DNA of 64,000 nucleotides from contig OZ024742.1 in NCBI GenBank assembly GCA_964016885.1, forward strand, positions 235,662,001 through 235,726,000, given 5' to 3'. How positions within the stretch are numbered: position 1 is the first letter of the stretch; every line of letters begins with the position of its first letter. Shown here in pieces: positions 1 to 15,149 of the stretch. Origin of the DNA: Eledone cirrhosa. Lineage: Eukaryota. Under the pieces are notes generated by a model. It saw only the letters and a list, made by a program, of their open reading frames with translations, did no database searches and was not told the origin of the DNA. Made by a program: the position numbers and the translations under genes.

Positions 1-3000
1 TATTGTGAGATGGAAGGTGACTGTATCAGAACTATTGTGAGATGGAAGGTGACTGTAACAGAACTATTGTGAGATGGAAGGTGACTGCTTCATAAATATT
101 GTGAGATGGAAGGTGACTGTAACAGAACTATTGTGAGATGGAAGGTGACTGTAACAGAAATATTGTGAGATGGAAGGTGACTGTATCAGAACTATTGTGA
201 GATGGAAGGTGACTGCATCAGACCCAATGTGAGATGGAAGGTGACTGTATCAGAACTATTGTGAGATGGAAGGTGACTGTAACAGAACTAATGTGAGATG
301 GAAGGTGACTGTAACAGAACTATTGTGAGATGGAAGGTGACTGTATCAGACCCAATGTGAGATGGAAGGTGACTGTATCAGAACTATTGTGAGATGGAAG
401 GTGACTGCATCAGACCCAATGTGAGATGGAAGGTGACTGTATCAGAACTATTGTGAGATGGAAGGTGACTGTAACAGACCCAATGTGAAATGGAAGGTGA
501 CTGTATCAGAACTATTGTGAGATGGAAGGTGACTGTATCAGGACTATTGTAGTGGAAAGGTGACTGTATAAGAACTATTGTAGTTGAAAGGTGACTGTAT
601 CAGAGCTAACGTAGTTGAAAGGTGACTGTATCAGAAATATTGTAGTTGAAAGGTGACTGTATGAGAACTAATGTAGTGGGAAAGGTGACTGTATCAGAAC
701 TAATGTAGTTGAAAGGTGACTGTATAAGAATTAATTTAGTTGAAAGGTGACTGTATCAGAACTATTGTAGTTGAAAGGTGACTGTATCAGAACTATTGTA
801 GTAGAAAGGTGACTGTATCAGAACTAATATAGTTGAAAGGTGACTGTATCAGAAATATTGTGAGATGGAAGGTGACTGTATCAGAACTATTGTAGTGGAA
901 AGGTGACTGTATAAGAACTATTGTAGTTGAAAGGTGACTGTATCAGAGCTAACGTAGTTGAAAGGTGACTCTATCAGAAATATTGTAGTTGAAAGGTGAC
1001 TGTATGAGAACTAATGTAGTGGGAAAGGTGACTGTATCAGAACTAATGTAGTTGAAAGGTGACTGTATAAGAATTAATTTAGTTGAAAGGTGACTGTATC
1101 AGAACTATTGTAGTTGAAAGGTGACTGTATCAGAACTATTGTAGTAGAAAGGTGACTGTATCAGAACTAATATAGTTGAAAGGTGACTGTATCAGAAATA
1201 TTGTGAGATGGAAGGTGACTGTATCAGAACTATTGTAGTGGAAAGGTCACTATATAAGAACTATTGTAGTTGAAAGGTGACTGTATCAGAAGTATTGTAG
1301 TTGAAAGGTGACTGTATCAGAACTAATGTAGTTGAAAGGTGACTGTATCAGAACTAACGTTGTTGAAAGGTGACTGTATCAGAATTAATGTAGTTGAAAG
1401 GTGACCGTATAAGAATTAATGTAGTTGAAAGGTGACTGTATCAGAGCTATTGTAGTTGAAAGGTGACTGTATGAGAACTAATGTAGTTGAAAGGTGACTG
1501 TATCAGAACTAACGTTGTTGAAAGGTGACTGTATGAGAACTATTGTAGTTGAAAGGTGACTGTATGAGAACTATTGTAGTTGATAGGTGACTGTATCAGA
1601 ACTATTGTAGTTGAAAGGTGACTGTATCAGAACTATTGTAGTTGAAAGGTGACTGTATCAGAACTATTGTAGTTGAAAGGTGACTGTATCAGAGCTATTG
1701 TAGTTGAAAGGTGACTGTATCAGAACTATTGTGCGAAGGAAGGTGACTGTATCAGAACTAATGTGAGATAGAAGGTGACTGTAACAGAGCTATTGTGGGA
1801 TGGAAGGTGACTGTATCAGAACTATTGTGAGATGGAAGGTGACTGTAACAGAACTATTGTGAGATGGAAGGTGACTGTAACAGAACTATTGTGAGATGGA
1901 AGGTGACTGTATGAGAACTATTGTGAGATGGAAGGTGACTGTAACAGAACTATTGTGAGATGGAAGGTGACTGTAACAGAACTATTGTGAGATGGAGGTG
2001 ACTGTATGAGAACTATTGTGAGATGGAAGGTGACTGTAACAGAACTATTGTGAGATGGAAGGTGACTGTAACAGAACTATTGTGGGATGGAAGGTGACTG
2101 TATCAGAACTATTGTGAGATGGAAGGTGACTGTATGAGAACTATTGTGAGATGGAAGGTGACTGTAACAGAACTATTGTGAGATGGAAGGTGACTGTATG
2201 AGAACTATTGTGAGATGGAAGGTGACTGTAACAGAACTATTGTGAGATGGAAGGTGACTGTAACAGAACTATTGTGAGATGGAAGGTGACTGTAACAGAA
2301 CTATTGTGAGATGGAAGGTGACTGTATGAGAACTATTGTGAGATGGAAGGTGACTGTAACAGAACTATTGTGAGATGGAAGGTGACTGTAACAGAACTAT
2401 TGTGAGATGGAAGGTTACTGTAACAGAACTATTGTGAGATGGAAGGTGACTGTATCAGAACTATTGTGAGATGGAAGGTGACTGTATCAGAACTATTGTG
2501 AGATGGAAGGTGACTGTAACAGAACTATTGTGAGATGGAAGGTGACTGTATGAGAACTATTGTGAGATGGAAGGTGACTGTAACAGAACTACTGTGAGAT
2601 GGAAGATGACTGTAACAGAACTATTCTGAGATGGAAGGTGACTGTAACAGAACTATTGTGAGATGGAAGGTGACTGTATGAGAACTATTGTGAGATGGAA
2701 GGTGACTGTAACAGAACTATTGTGAGATGGAAGGTGACTGTAACAGAACTATTGTGAGATGGAAGGTGACTGTATCAGAACTATTGTGAGATGGAAGTTG
2801 ACTGTAACAGAACTATTGTGAGATGGAAGGTGACTGTATCTGAACTAATGTGAGATGGAAGGTGACTGTATCAGAACTATTGTGGGATGGAAGGTGACTG
2901 TAACAGAACTATTGTGAGATGGAAGGTGACTGTAACAGAACTATTGTGAGATGGAAGTTGACTGTAACAGAACTATTGTGAGATGGAAGGTGACTGTATC

Positions 3001-6000
3001 AGAACTATTGTGAGATGGAAGTTGACTGTAACAGAACTATTGTGAGATGGAAGGTGACTGTATCAGAACTAATGTGAGATGGAAGGTGACTGTATCAGAA
3101 CTATTGTGGGATGGAAGGTGACTGTAACAGAACTATTGTGAGATGGAAGGTGACTGTAACAGAACTAACGTGAGATGGAAGGTGACTGTATCAGAACCAA
3201 TGTGAGATGGAAGGTGACTGTATCATAAATATTGTGAGATGGAAGGTGACTGCATCATAAATATTGTAGTGGAAAGGTGACTGTAACCGAACTATTGTGG
3301 GGTAGAAGGTGACTGTAACAGAACTATTGTGAGATGGAAGGTGACTGTATCAGAACTATTGTGAGATGGAAGGTGACTGTATCAGAACTATTGTGAGATG
3401 GAAGGTGACTGTAACAGAACTATTGTGAGATGGAAGGTGACTGCTTCATAAATATTGTGAGATGGAAGGTGACTGTAACAGAACTATTGTGAGATGGAAG
3501 GTGACTGTAACAGAACTATTGTGAGATGGAAGGTGACTGTATCAGAACTATTGTGAGATGGAAGGTGACTGCATCAGACCCAATGTGAGATGGAAGGTGA
3601 CTGTATCAGAACTATTGTGAGATGGAAGGTGACTGTAACAGACCCAATGTGAGATGGAAGGTGACTGTATCAGAACTATTGTGAGATGGAAGGTGACTGT
3701 ATCAGGACTATTGTAGTGGAAAGGTGACTGTATAAGAACTATTGTAGTTGAAAGGTGACTGTATCAGAGCTAACATAGTTGAAAGGTGACTGTATCAGAA
3801 ATATTGTAGTTGAAAGGTGACTGTATGAGAACTAATGTAGTGGGAAAGGTGACTGTATCAGAACTAATGTAGTTGAAAGGTGACTGTATAAGAATTAATT
3901 TAGTTGAAAGGTGACTGTATCAGAACTATTGTAGTTGAAAGGTGACTGTATCAGAACTATTGTAGTAGAAAGGTGACTGTATCAGAACTAATATAGTTGA
4001 AAGGTCACTGTATCAGAAATATTGTGAGATGGAAGGTGACTGTATCAGAACTATTGTAGTGGAAAGGTGACTATATAAGAACTATTGTAGTTGAAAGGTG
4101 ACTGTATCAGAAGTATTGTAGTTGAAAGGTGACTGTATCAGAACTAATGTAGTTGAAAGGTGACTGTATCAGAACTAACGTTGTTGAAAGGTGACTGTAT
4201 CAGAATTAATGTAGTTGAAAGGTGACCGTATAAGAATTAATGTAGTTGAAAGGTGACTGTATCAGAGCTATTGTAGTTGAAAGGTGACTGTATGAGAACT
4301 AATGTAGTTGAAAGGTGACTGTATCAGAACTAACGTTGTTGAAAGGTGACTGTATGAGAACTATTGTAGTTGAAAGGTGACTGTATGAGAACTATTGTAG
4401 TTGATAGGTGACTGTATCAGAACTATTGTAGTTGAAAGGTGACTGTATCAGAACTATTGTAGTTGAAAGGTGACTGTATCAGAACTATTGTAGTTGAAAG
4501 GTGACTGTATCAGAGCTATTGTAGTTGAAAGGTGACTGTATCAGAACTATTGTGCGAAGGAAGGTGACTGTATCAGAACTAATGTGAGATAGAAGGTGAC
4601 TGTAACAGAGCTATTGTGGGATGGAAGGTGACTGTATCAGAACTATTGTGAGATGGAAGGTGACTGTAACAGAACTATTGTGAGATGGAAGGTGACTGTA
4701 ACAGAACTATTGTGAGATGGAAGGTGACTGTATGAGAACTATTGTGAGATGGCAGGTGACTGTAACAGAACTATTGTGAGATGGAAGGTGACTGTAACAG
4801 AACTATTGTGAGATGGAGGTGACTGTATGAGAACTATTGTGAGATGGAAGGTGACTGTAACAGAACTATTGTGAGATGGAAGGTGACTGTAACAGAACTA
4901 TTGTGGGATGGAAGGTGACTGTATCAGAACTATTGTGAGATGGAAGGTGACTGTATGAGAACTATTGTGAGATGGAAGGTGACTGTAACAGAACTATTGT
5001 GAGATGGAAGGTGACTGTATGAGAACTATTGTGAGATGGAAGGTGACTGTAACAGAACTATTGTGAGATGGAAGGTGACTGTAACAGAACTATTGTGGGA
5101 TGGAAGGTGACTGTATCAGAACTATTGTGAGATGGAAGGTGACTGTATGAGAACTATTGTGAGATGGAAGGTGACTGTAACAGAACTATTGTGAGATGGA
5201 AGGTGACTGTATGAGAACTATTGTGAGATGGAAGGTGACTGTAACAGAACTATTGTGAGATGGAAGGTGACTGTAACAGAACTATTGTGAGATGGAAGGT
5301 GACTGTAACAGAACTATTGTGAGATGGAAGGTGACTGTATGAGAACTATTGTGAGATGGAAGGTGACTGTAACAGAACTATTGTGAGATGGAAGGTGACT
5401 GTAACAGAACTATTGTGAGATGGAAGGTTACTGTAACAGAACTATTGTGAGATGGAAGGTGACTGTATCAGAACTATTGTGAGATGGAAGGTGACTGTAT
5501 CAGAACTATTGTGAGATGGAAGGTGACTGTAACAGAACTATTGTGAGATGGAAGGTGACTGTATGAGAACTATTGTGAGATGGAAGGTGACTGTAACAGA
5601 ACTACTGTGAGATGGAAGATGACTGTAACAGAACTATTCTGAGATGGAAGGTGACTGTAACAGAACTATTGTGAGATGGAAGGTGACTGTATGAGAACTA
5701 TTGTGAGATGGAAGGTGACTGTAACAGAACTATTGTGAGATGGAAGGTGACTGTAACAGAACTATTGTGAGATGGAAGGTGACTGTATCAGAACTATTGT
5801 GAGATGGAAGTTGACTGTAACAGAACTATTGTGAGATGGAAGGTGACTGTATCTGAACTAATGTGAGATGGAAGGTGACTGTATCAGAACTATTGTGGGA
5901 TGGAAGGTGACTGTAACAGAACTATTGTGAGATGGAAGGTGACTGTAACAGAACTATTGTGAGATGGAAGTTGACTGTAACAGAACTATTGTGAGATGGA

Positions 6001-9000
6001 AGGTGACTGTATCAGAACTATTGTGAGATGGAAGTTGACTGTAACAGAACTATTGTGAGATGGAAGGTGACTGTATCAGAACTAATGTGAGATGGAAGGT
6101 GACTGTATCAGAACTATTGTGGGATGGAAGGTGACTGTAACAGAACTATTGTGAGATGGAAGGTGACTGTAACAGAACTAACGTGAGATGGAAGGTGACT
6201 GTATCAGAACCAATGTGAGATGGAAGGTGACTGTATCAGAACTATTGTGAGATGGAAGGTGACTGTATCAGAACTAATGTGAGATGGAAGGTGACTGCAT
6301 CATAAATATTGTGAGATGGAAGGTGACTGCATCATAAATATTGTGAGATGGAAGGTGACTGCATCATAAATATTGTAGTGGAAAGGTGACTGTAACCGAA
6401 CTATTGTGGGGTAGAAGGTGACTGTAACAGAACTATTGTGAGATGGAAGGTGACTGTATCAGAACTATTGTGAGATGGAAGGTGACTGTATCAGAACTAT
6501 TGTGAGATGGAAGGTGACTGTAACAGAACTATTGTGAGATGGAAGGTGACTGCTTCATAAATATTGTGAGATGGAAGGTGACTGTAACAGAACTATTGTG
6601 AGATGGAAGGTGACTGTAACAGAACTATTGTGAGATGGAAGGTGACTGTATCAGAACTATTGTGAGATGGAAGGTGACTGCATCAGACCCAATGTGAGAT
6701 GGAAGGTGACTGTATCAGAACTATTGTGAGATGGAAGGTGACTGTAACAGACCCAATGTGAGATGGAAGGTGACTGTATCAGAACTATTGTGAGATGGAA
6801 GGTGACTGTATCAGGACTATTGTAGTGGAAAGGTGACTGTATAAGAACTATTGTAGTTGAAAGGTGACTGTATCAGAGCTAACATAGTTGAAAGGTGACT
6901 GTATCAGAAATATTGTAGTTGAAAGGTGACTGTATGAGAACTAATGTAGTGGGAAAGGTGACTGTATCAGAACTAATGTAGTTGAAAGGTGACTGTATAA
7001 GAATTAATTTAGTTGAAAGGTGACTGTATCAGAACTATTGTAGTTGAAAGGTGACTGTATCAGAACTATTGTAGTAGAAAGGTGACTGTATCAGAACTAA
7101 TATAGTTGAAAGGTCACTGTATCAGAAATATTGTGAGATGGAAGGTGACTGTATCAGAACTATTGTAGTGGAAAGGTGACTATATAAGAACTATTGTAGT
7201 TGAAAGGTGACTGTATCAGAAGTATTGTAGTTGAAAGGTGACTGTATCAGAACTAATGTAGTTGAAAGGTGACTGTATCAGAACTAACGTTGTTGAAAGG
7301 TGACTGTATCAGAATTAATGTAGTTGAAAGGTGACCGTATAAGAATTAATGTAGTTGAAAGGTGACTGTATCAGAGCTATTGTAGTTGAAAGGTGACTGT
7401 ATGAGAACTAATGTAGTTGAAAGGTGACTGTATCAGAACTAACGTTGTTGAAAGGTGACTGTATGAGAACTATTGTAGTTGAAAGGTGACTGTATGAGAA
7501 CTATTGTAGTTGATAGGTGACTGTATCAGAACTATTGTAGTTGAAAGGTGACTGTATCAGAACTATTGTAGTTGAAAGGTGACTGTATCAGAACTATTGT
7601 AGTTGAAAGGTGACTGTATCAGAGCTATTGTAGTTGAAAGGTGACTGTATCAGAACTATTGTGCGAAGGAAGGTGACTGTATCAGAACTAATGTGAGATA
7701 GAAGGTGACTGTAACAGAGCTATTGTGGGATGGAAGGTGACTGTATCAGAACTATTGTGAGATGGAAGGTGACTGTAACAGAACTATTGTGAGATGGAAG
7801 GTGACTGTAACAGAACTATTGTGAGATGGAAGGTGACTGTATGAGAACTATTGTGAGATGGCAGGTGACTGTAACAGAACTATTGTGAGATGGAAGGTGA
7901 CTGTAACAGAACTATTGTGAGATGGAGGTGACTGTATGAGAACTATTGTGAGATGGAAGGTGACTGTAACAGAACTATTGTGAGATGGAAGGTGACTGTA
8001 ACAGAACTATTGTGGGATGGAAGGTGACTGTATCAGAACTATTGTGAGATGGAAGGTGACTGTATGAGAACTATTGTGAGATGGAAGGTGACTGTAACAG
8101 AACTATTGTGAGATGGAAGGTGACTGTATGAGAACTATTGTGAGATGGAAGGTGACTGTAACAGAACTATTGTGAGATGGAAGGTGACTGTAACAGAACT
8201 ATTGTGAGATGGAAGGTGACTGTAACAGAACTATTGTGAGATGGAAGGTGACTGTATGAGAACTATTGTGAGATGGAAGGTGACTGTAACAGAACTATTG
8301 TGAGATGGAAGGTGACTGTAACAGAACTATTGTGAGATGGAAGGTTACTGTAACAGAACTATTGTGAGATGGAAGGTGACTGTATCAGAACTATTGTGAG
8401 ATGGAAGGTGACTGTATCAGAACTATTGTGAGATGGAAGGTGACTGTAACAGAACTATTGTGAGATGGAAGGTGACTGTATGAGAACTATTGTGAGATGG
8501 AAGGTGACTGTATCAGAACTATTGTGAGATGGAAGGTGACTGTATCAGAACTAATGTGAGATGGAAGGTGACTGTATCAGAACTATTGTGGGATGGAAGG
8601 TGACTGTAACAGAACTATTGTGAGATGGAAGGTGACTGTAACAGAACTAACGTGAGATGGAAGGTGACTGTATCAGAACCAATGTGAGATGGAAGGTGAC
8701 TGTATCAGAACTATTGTGAGATGGAAGGTGACTGTATCATAAATATTGTGAGATGGAAGGTGACTGCATCATAAATATTGTGAGATGGAAGGTGACTGCA
8801 TCATAAATATTGTAGTGGAAAGGTGACTGTAACCGAACTATTGTGGGGTAGAAGGTGACTGTAACAGAACTATTGTGAGATGGAAGGTGACTGTATCAGA
8901 ACTATTGTGAGATGGAAGGTGACTGTATCAGAACTATTGTGAGATGGAAGGTGACTGTAACAGAACTATTGTGAGATGGAAGGTGACTGCTTCATAAATA

Positions 9001-12000
9001 TTGTGAGATGGAAGGTGACTGTATCAGAACTATTGTGAGATGGAAGGTGACTGTAACAGAACTATTGTGAGATGGAAGGTGACTGTATCAGAACTATTGT
9101 GAGATGGAAGGTGACTGCATCAGACCCAATGTGAGATGGAAGGTGACTGTATCAGAACTATTGTGAGATGGAAGGTGACTGTAACAGACCCAATGTGAGA
9201 TGGAAGGTGACTGTATCAGAACTATTGTGAGATGGAAGGTGACTGTATCAGGACTATTGTAGTGGAAAGGTGACTGTATAAGAACTAATGTAGTTGAAAG
9301 GTGACTGTATAAGAATTAATTTAGTTGAAAGGTGACTGTATCAGAACTATTGTAGTTGAAAGGTGACTGTATCAGAACTATTGTAGTAGAAAGGTGACTG
9401 TATCAGAACTAATATAGTTGAAAGGTGACTGTATCAGAAATATTGTGAGATGGAAGGTGACTGTATCAGAACTATTGTAGTGGAAAGGTGACTATATAAG
9501 AACTATTGTAGTTGAAAGGTGACTGTATCAGAAGTATTGTAGTTGAAAGGTGACTGTATCAGAACTAATGTAGTTGAAAGGTGACTGTATCAGAACTAAC
9601 GTTGTTGAAAGGTGACTGTATCAGAATTAATGTAGTTGAAAGGTCACCGTATAAGAATTAATGTAGTTGAAAGGTGACTGTATCAGAGCTATTGTAGTTG
9701 AAAGGTGACTGTATGAGAACTAATGTAGTTGAAAGGTGACTGTATCAGAACTAACGTTGTTGAAAGGTGACTGTATGAGAACTATTGTAGTTGAAAGGTG
9801 ACTGTATGAGAACTATTGTAGTTGATAGGTGACTGTATCAGAACTATTGTAGTTGAAAGGTGACTGTATCAGAACTATTGTAGTTGAAAGGTGACTGTAT
9901 CAGAACTATTGTAGTTGAAAGGTGACTGTATCAGAGCTATTGTAGTTGAAAGGTGACTGTATCAGAACTATTGTGCGAAGGAAGGTGACTGTATCAGAAC
10001 TAATGTGAGATAGAAGGTGACTGTAACAGAGCTATTGTGGGATGGAAGGTGACTGTATCAGAACTATTGTGAGATGGAAGGTGACTGTAACAGAACTATT
10101 GTGAGATGGAAGGTGACTGTAACAGAACTATTGTGAGATGGAAGGTGACTGTATGAGAACTATTGTGAGATGGAAGGTGACTGTAACAGAACTATTGTGA
10201 GATGGAAGGTGACTGTAACAGAACTATTGTGAGATGGAGGTGACTGTATGAGAACTATTGTGAGATGGAAGGTGACTGTAACAGAACTATTGTGAGATGG
10301 AAGGTGACTGCAACAGAACTATTGTGGGATGGAAGGTGACTGTATCAGAACTATTGTGAGATGGAAGGTGACTGTATGAGAACTATTGTGAGATGGAAGG
10401 TGACTGTAACAGAACTATTGTGAGATGGAAGGTGACTGTAACAGAACTATTGTGAGATGGAAGGTGACTGTAACAGAACTATTGTGAGATGGAAGGTGAC
10501 TGTAACAGAACTATTGTGAGATGGAAGGTGACTGTAACAGAACTATTGTGAGATGGAAGGTGACTGTATGAGAACTATTGTGAGATGGAAGGTGACTGTA
10601 ACAGAACTATTGTGAGATGGAAGGTGACTGTAACAGAACTATTGTGAGATGGAAGGTTACTGTAACAGAACTATTGTGAGATGGAAGGTGACTGTATCAG
10701 AACTATTGTGAGATGGAAGGTGACTGTATCAGAACTATTGTGAGATGGAAGGTGACTGTAACAGAACTATTGTGAGATGGAAGGTGACTGTATGAGAACT
10801 ATTGTGAGATGGAAGGTGACTGTAACAGAACTATTGTGAGATGGAATGTGACTGTAACAGAACTATTGTGAGATGGAAGGTGACTGTAACAGAACTATTG
10901 TGAGATGGAAGGTGACTGTATGAGAACTATTGTGAGATGGAAGGTGACTGTAACAGAACTATTGTGAGATGGAAGGTGACTGTAACAGAACTATTGTGAG
11001 ATGGAAGGTGACTGTATCAGAACTATTGTGAGATGGAAGTTGACTGTAACAGAACTATTGTGAGATGGAAGGTGACTGTATCAGAACTAATGTGAGATGG
11101 AAGGTGACTGTATCAGAACTATTGTGGGATGGAAGGTGACTGTAACAGAACTATTGTGAGAATGGAAGGTGACTGTAACAGAACTATTGTGAGATGGAAG
11201 GTGACTGTAACAGAACTATTGTGAGATGGAAGGTGACTGTATCAGAACTATTGTGAGATGGAAGTTGACTGTAACAGAACTATTGTGAGATGGAAGGTGA
11301 CTGTATCAGAACTAATGTGAGATGGAAGGTGACTGTATCAGAACTACTGTGGGATGGAAGGTGACTGTAACAGAACTATTGTGAGATGGAAGGTGACTGT
11401 AACAGAACTAACGTGAGATGGAAGGTGACTGTATCAGAACCAATGTGAGATGGAAGGTGACTGTATCAGAACTATTGTGAGATGGAAGGTGACTGTATCA
11501 GAACTAATGTGAGATGGAAGGTGACTGCATCATAAATATTGTGAGATGGAAGGTGACTGCATCATAAATATTGTGAGATGGAAGGTGACTGCATCATAAA
11601 TATTGTAGTGGAAAGGTGACTGTAACCGAACTATTGTGGGATAGAAGGTGACTGTAACAGAACTATTGTGAGATGGAAGGTGACTGTATCAGAACTATTG
11701 TGAGATGGAAGGTGACTGTATCAGAACTATTGTGAGATGGAAGGTGACTGTAACAGAACTATTGTGAGATGGAAGGTGACTGCTTCATAAATATTGTGAG
11801 ATAGAAGGTGACTGTAACAGAACTATTGTGAGATGGAAGGTGACTGTAACAGAACTATTGTGAGATGGAAGGTGACTGTATCAGAACTATTGTGAGATGG
11901 AAGGTGACTGCATCAGACCCAATGTGAGATGGAAGGTGACTGTATCAGAACTATTGTGAGATGGAAGGTGACTGTAACAGAACTAATGTGAGATGGAAGG

Positions 12001-12823
12001 TGACTGTAACAGAACTATTGTGAGATGGAAGGTGACTGTATCAGACCGAATGTGAGATGGAAGGTGACTGTATCAGAACTATTGTGAGATGGAAGGTGAC
12101 TGCATCAGACCCAATGTGAGATGGAAGGTGACTGTATCAGAACTATTGTGAGATGGAAGGTGACTGTAACAGACCCAATGTGAGATGGAAGGTGACTGTA
12201 TCAGAACTATTGTGAGATGGAAGGTGACTGTAACAGACCCAATGTGAGATGGAAGGGGACTGTATCAGAACTATCGTGAGATGGAAGGTGACTGTATCAG
12301 AACTATCGTGAGATGGAAGGTGACTGCATCAGAACTATTGTGAGATGGAAGGTGACTGCATCAGACCCAATGTGAGATGGAAGGTGACTGTATCAGAACT
12401 ATTGTGAGATGGAAGGTGACTGTAACAGAACTAATGTGAGATGGAAGGTGACTGTAACAGAACTATTGTGAGATGGAAGGTGACTGTATCAGACCCAATG
12501 TGAGATGGAAGGTGACTGTATCAGAACTATTGTGAGATGGAAGGTGACTGCATCAGACCCAATGTGAGATGGAAGGTGACTGTATCAGAACTATTGTGAG
12601 ATGGAAGGTGACTGTAACAGACCCAATGTGAGATGGAAGGTGACTGTATCAGAACTATTGTGAGATGGAAGGTGACTGTAACAGACCCAATGTGAGATGG
12701 AAGGGGACTGTATCAGAACTATCGTGAGATGGAAGGTGACTGTATCAGAACTATTGTGAGATGGAAGGTGACTGTATCAGAACTATTGTGAGATGGAAGG
12801 TGACTGTCTCAGAATTAATGTGA
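1..12823. repeat. Satellite array of 32-bp (TATTGTGAGATGGAAGGTGACTGTATCAGAAC) and 31-bp (TATTGTAGTTGAAAGGTGACTGTATCAGAAC) monomers with higher-order repeat; runs off the left edge
   Basis: Monomer recurs at 1 and 33; near-invariant core AAGGTGACTG; rare variant GTGCGAAGG at 1731, 4552, 7661, 9973; array decays at ~12810-12823. Confidence 0.98.
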
Positions 12824-13339
12824 CTTAGAATGCTCGTTATATTGTATAGCGCGAAAAGGAAAGAAAAATGAATAAGTAAATTTTGTAAAGAAAACGGGTA
12901 AGTCATAAAAGAAATGTGTTTATTAACATAATAAAAAAAAAGATAATACATAATAATTCATAAGTTTTTGGTACCCGTGAAATATATATAATTATTTATA
13001 GGCTTAGTTAGAACAAAACGATTCTTATCTTGGCTTAGCCATCACTATATCGCTTCAAACATTCATGAGATTGCCCCGCATTATCTCATAAACGCAAGGT
13101 AGTTCCGCATTATCCCATAAACAAGTGAATATAAATGTCTTCAGATGAGTGGCAGGTTGTAATAAAATGTATCAACTTACCGTGATATGTGACATGAAGT
13201 AGGGAAACATGAATAAACAAATTTATAAGAAATATGTCCTGATAGAAATAAACGAGAGTTCCAATGATGTAGGTGTTGTGTTTATTGCTATTTTTTTAAA
13301 ACGAATGAATAAAAATATAAATAAATAAATTTGAAGAAT

Positions 13340-13510
13340 AATTGTCCCAACGTTGATGACTATAATAATCGATGAAAAAATATGAACTGAGACACCTGCG
13401 AAAAAATCGAGGCCTACGTCTCTCGTATGTCGGAACAGGCGTTGCCCATTACGCGGAAGAGTCCCTGGCTACCTATTGCCGTCTTTTAGAAAACTTTAAG
13501 ACTGTAGTTA
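13340..13510 (-). mobile_element. Old SINE-like repeat; diverged second copy at ~30015-30225
   Basis: Shared blocks TCCCAACGT..ATAATAATCGAT, ATCGA.GCC..(G)T.TCTC, ATTACGC..AAGA.TCCC..GC.AC.TAT..GTCTTTTAGA in both copies. Confidence 0.4.
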
Positions 13511-13652
13511 GAAGTGTAAAAACTCGGTTGACTTAAGAAAGATTGAGAATCTGAACCATCCAGTTTTCAATTCCTTGCAGGCGACCTTGTTCACTTTTTC
13601 CCGTCACCAGGGGTAATTTAGCCGATGTTTTCAACTATTATTATAGTCATCT

Positions 13653-13750
13653 GTTAACTTTGCCTTTCATCCTTACGGGGTCGATAAAATAAAGTACCAG
13701 TAATACACTGGATATTTTGCTGGCCTTGTGCCAAAAGTAGAAACAATTAT
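13653..13750 (+). mobile_element. tRNA-derived SINE family A, 5'-truncated copy with 18-bp TSD
   Basis: GTTAACTTTGCCTTTCATCCTTACGGGGTCGATAAAATAAAGTACCAGT...GCCAAAAGTAGAAACAATTAT; direct repeat ATTATTATAGTCATCTGT at 13637-13654 and 13746-13763. Confidence 0.85.
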
Positions 13751-14404
13751 TATAGTCATCTGTGTTGGGACGACTATATTTCAAATTTCAAATTTTTCTA
13801 ATGTTTCTTAAATCACCTAGATGTTTATAAATAAATAACATATAATACACAGAATACATAAAAATTCTTCCTTCATCTTCCAAAACAATTTACTTGTCTC
13901 TCTGATGTGCAACACCCTAAATGGATGTTGCCTCATGGTCCCAGCTAACTACCCGACTAACTTGAATTACAGGCCGCTCTCTGATAGGTTTATCATCGAA
14001 CATATAGCTGTTGGGTTCAAATCTGACGTCCAGAATTCCCGAACCATCTTCCTACATACTACGATCGGAATGGGGATGGCCACCCGCAATAATGAATCTT
14101 GTGAGTTGGACTGGCTCTTTTAGAACATCTCCCTTGTAAGGGATTGTATTGTAACAAATCATCTATCATCTTCTGGGATGAAGAATGATATGAGATGTAC
14201 CAGTCAGTATATGTTATATCAAAAGCTAGTGCCTTAGCGTGACCTCTCTCTTTAGAACACACACGCACACACACACACCTACACACGCGCACACGCACTC
14301 ACACACACACTCACATACACACACACATTATATATATATATATATACATATATACAAATGGAAGTACAGCATATTCGAAGCTCGAACCGCAGCTAAGCCG
14401 AATT

Positions 14405-14442
<38 letters not shown>

Positions 14443-14444
<2 letters not shown>

Positions 14445-14971
14445 CTATATATATAAAGCTGTGGTTGTCTGTCTGTCTATCGATTTTTGGCACATATCTC
14501 CTCTTAGAATCTCTGACGGAATTGCACCGAAATTGCTATACTTGTACATTGAGCCCTAGCGAAGACATCGGAAAAAAAATATTTCAAATTGACCCACCCT
14601 ATGTGACGAAATCGAATCTAATGTATCGATTTTTGACCGTAAGTGACGAGTTATTTCCCTTTGTTCTGTTTACATTGAGCGTCTTACGTTGTTTTTCTCT
14701 GCGTTGCAGTGTTTACATTTTCGATCTTTGTTAATAAATAACCAGTGCAGTTTTTATCCCCAGCATCCTCTTTTGTTATAACGTTCGGGTTATCGTTATG
14801 TTTTCTTAACTTCATAAGGCATATTGTTGGTTGAGGGAATATTAATCAAAAACACCACATGCAAGTCTGCACAGTAGACACTACAGTTTTTAAGCCAAAA
14901 AAGAAACTTAACATTGTAACTTTAACACAGCTACTGAGCGACCCCGAGCAACGCCGGGCTTTACTGCTAGT
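14443..14971 (+). mobile_element. Non-autonomous Helitron-type element
   Basis: 5' TCTATATATATAAAG followed by (GTCT)n; 3' subterminal hairpin CCCGAGCAACGCCGGG then CTAG-T, in AT-rich flank. Confidence 0.75.
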
Positions 14972-14980
14972 ATATATATA

Positions 14981-15125
14981 TAATTGTTTCTGCTTTTGGC
15001 ACAAGGCCAGCAATTATTCCAGTGTATTACTGGTACTTTATTTTATCGACCCCGTAAGGATGAAAGGCAAAGTTAACCTCGGCGGGATTTGAACTCAGAC
15101 CATAAAGGGCCATAACTCTTTGCTG
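14981..15125 (-). mobile_element. SINE family A copy
   Basis: Reverse complement of the family consensus, including B-box GAGTTCAAATCC. Confidence 0.85.
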
Positions 15126-15149
15126 CAAAAAGGGCCAAAACTCTTTGCT

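Noticed and set aside
1-12823. CRISPR-like array or repetitive coding sequence
   Set aside because: Monomers are contiguous with no unique spacers, no cas genes are present, and the 31/32-bp period with frequent stops allows no long ORF.
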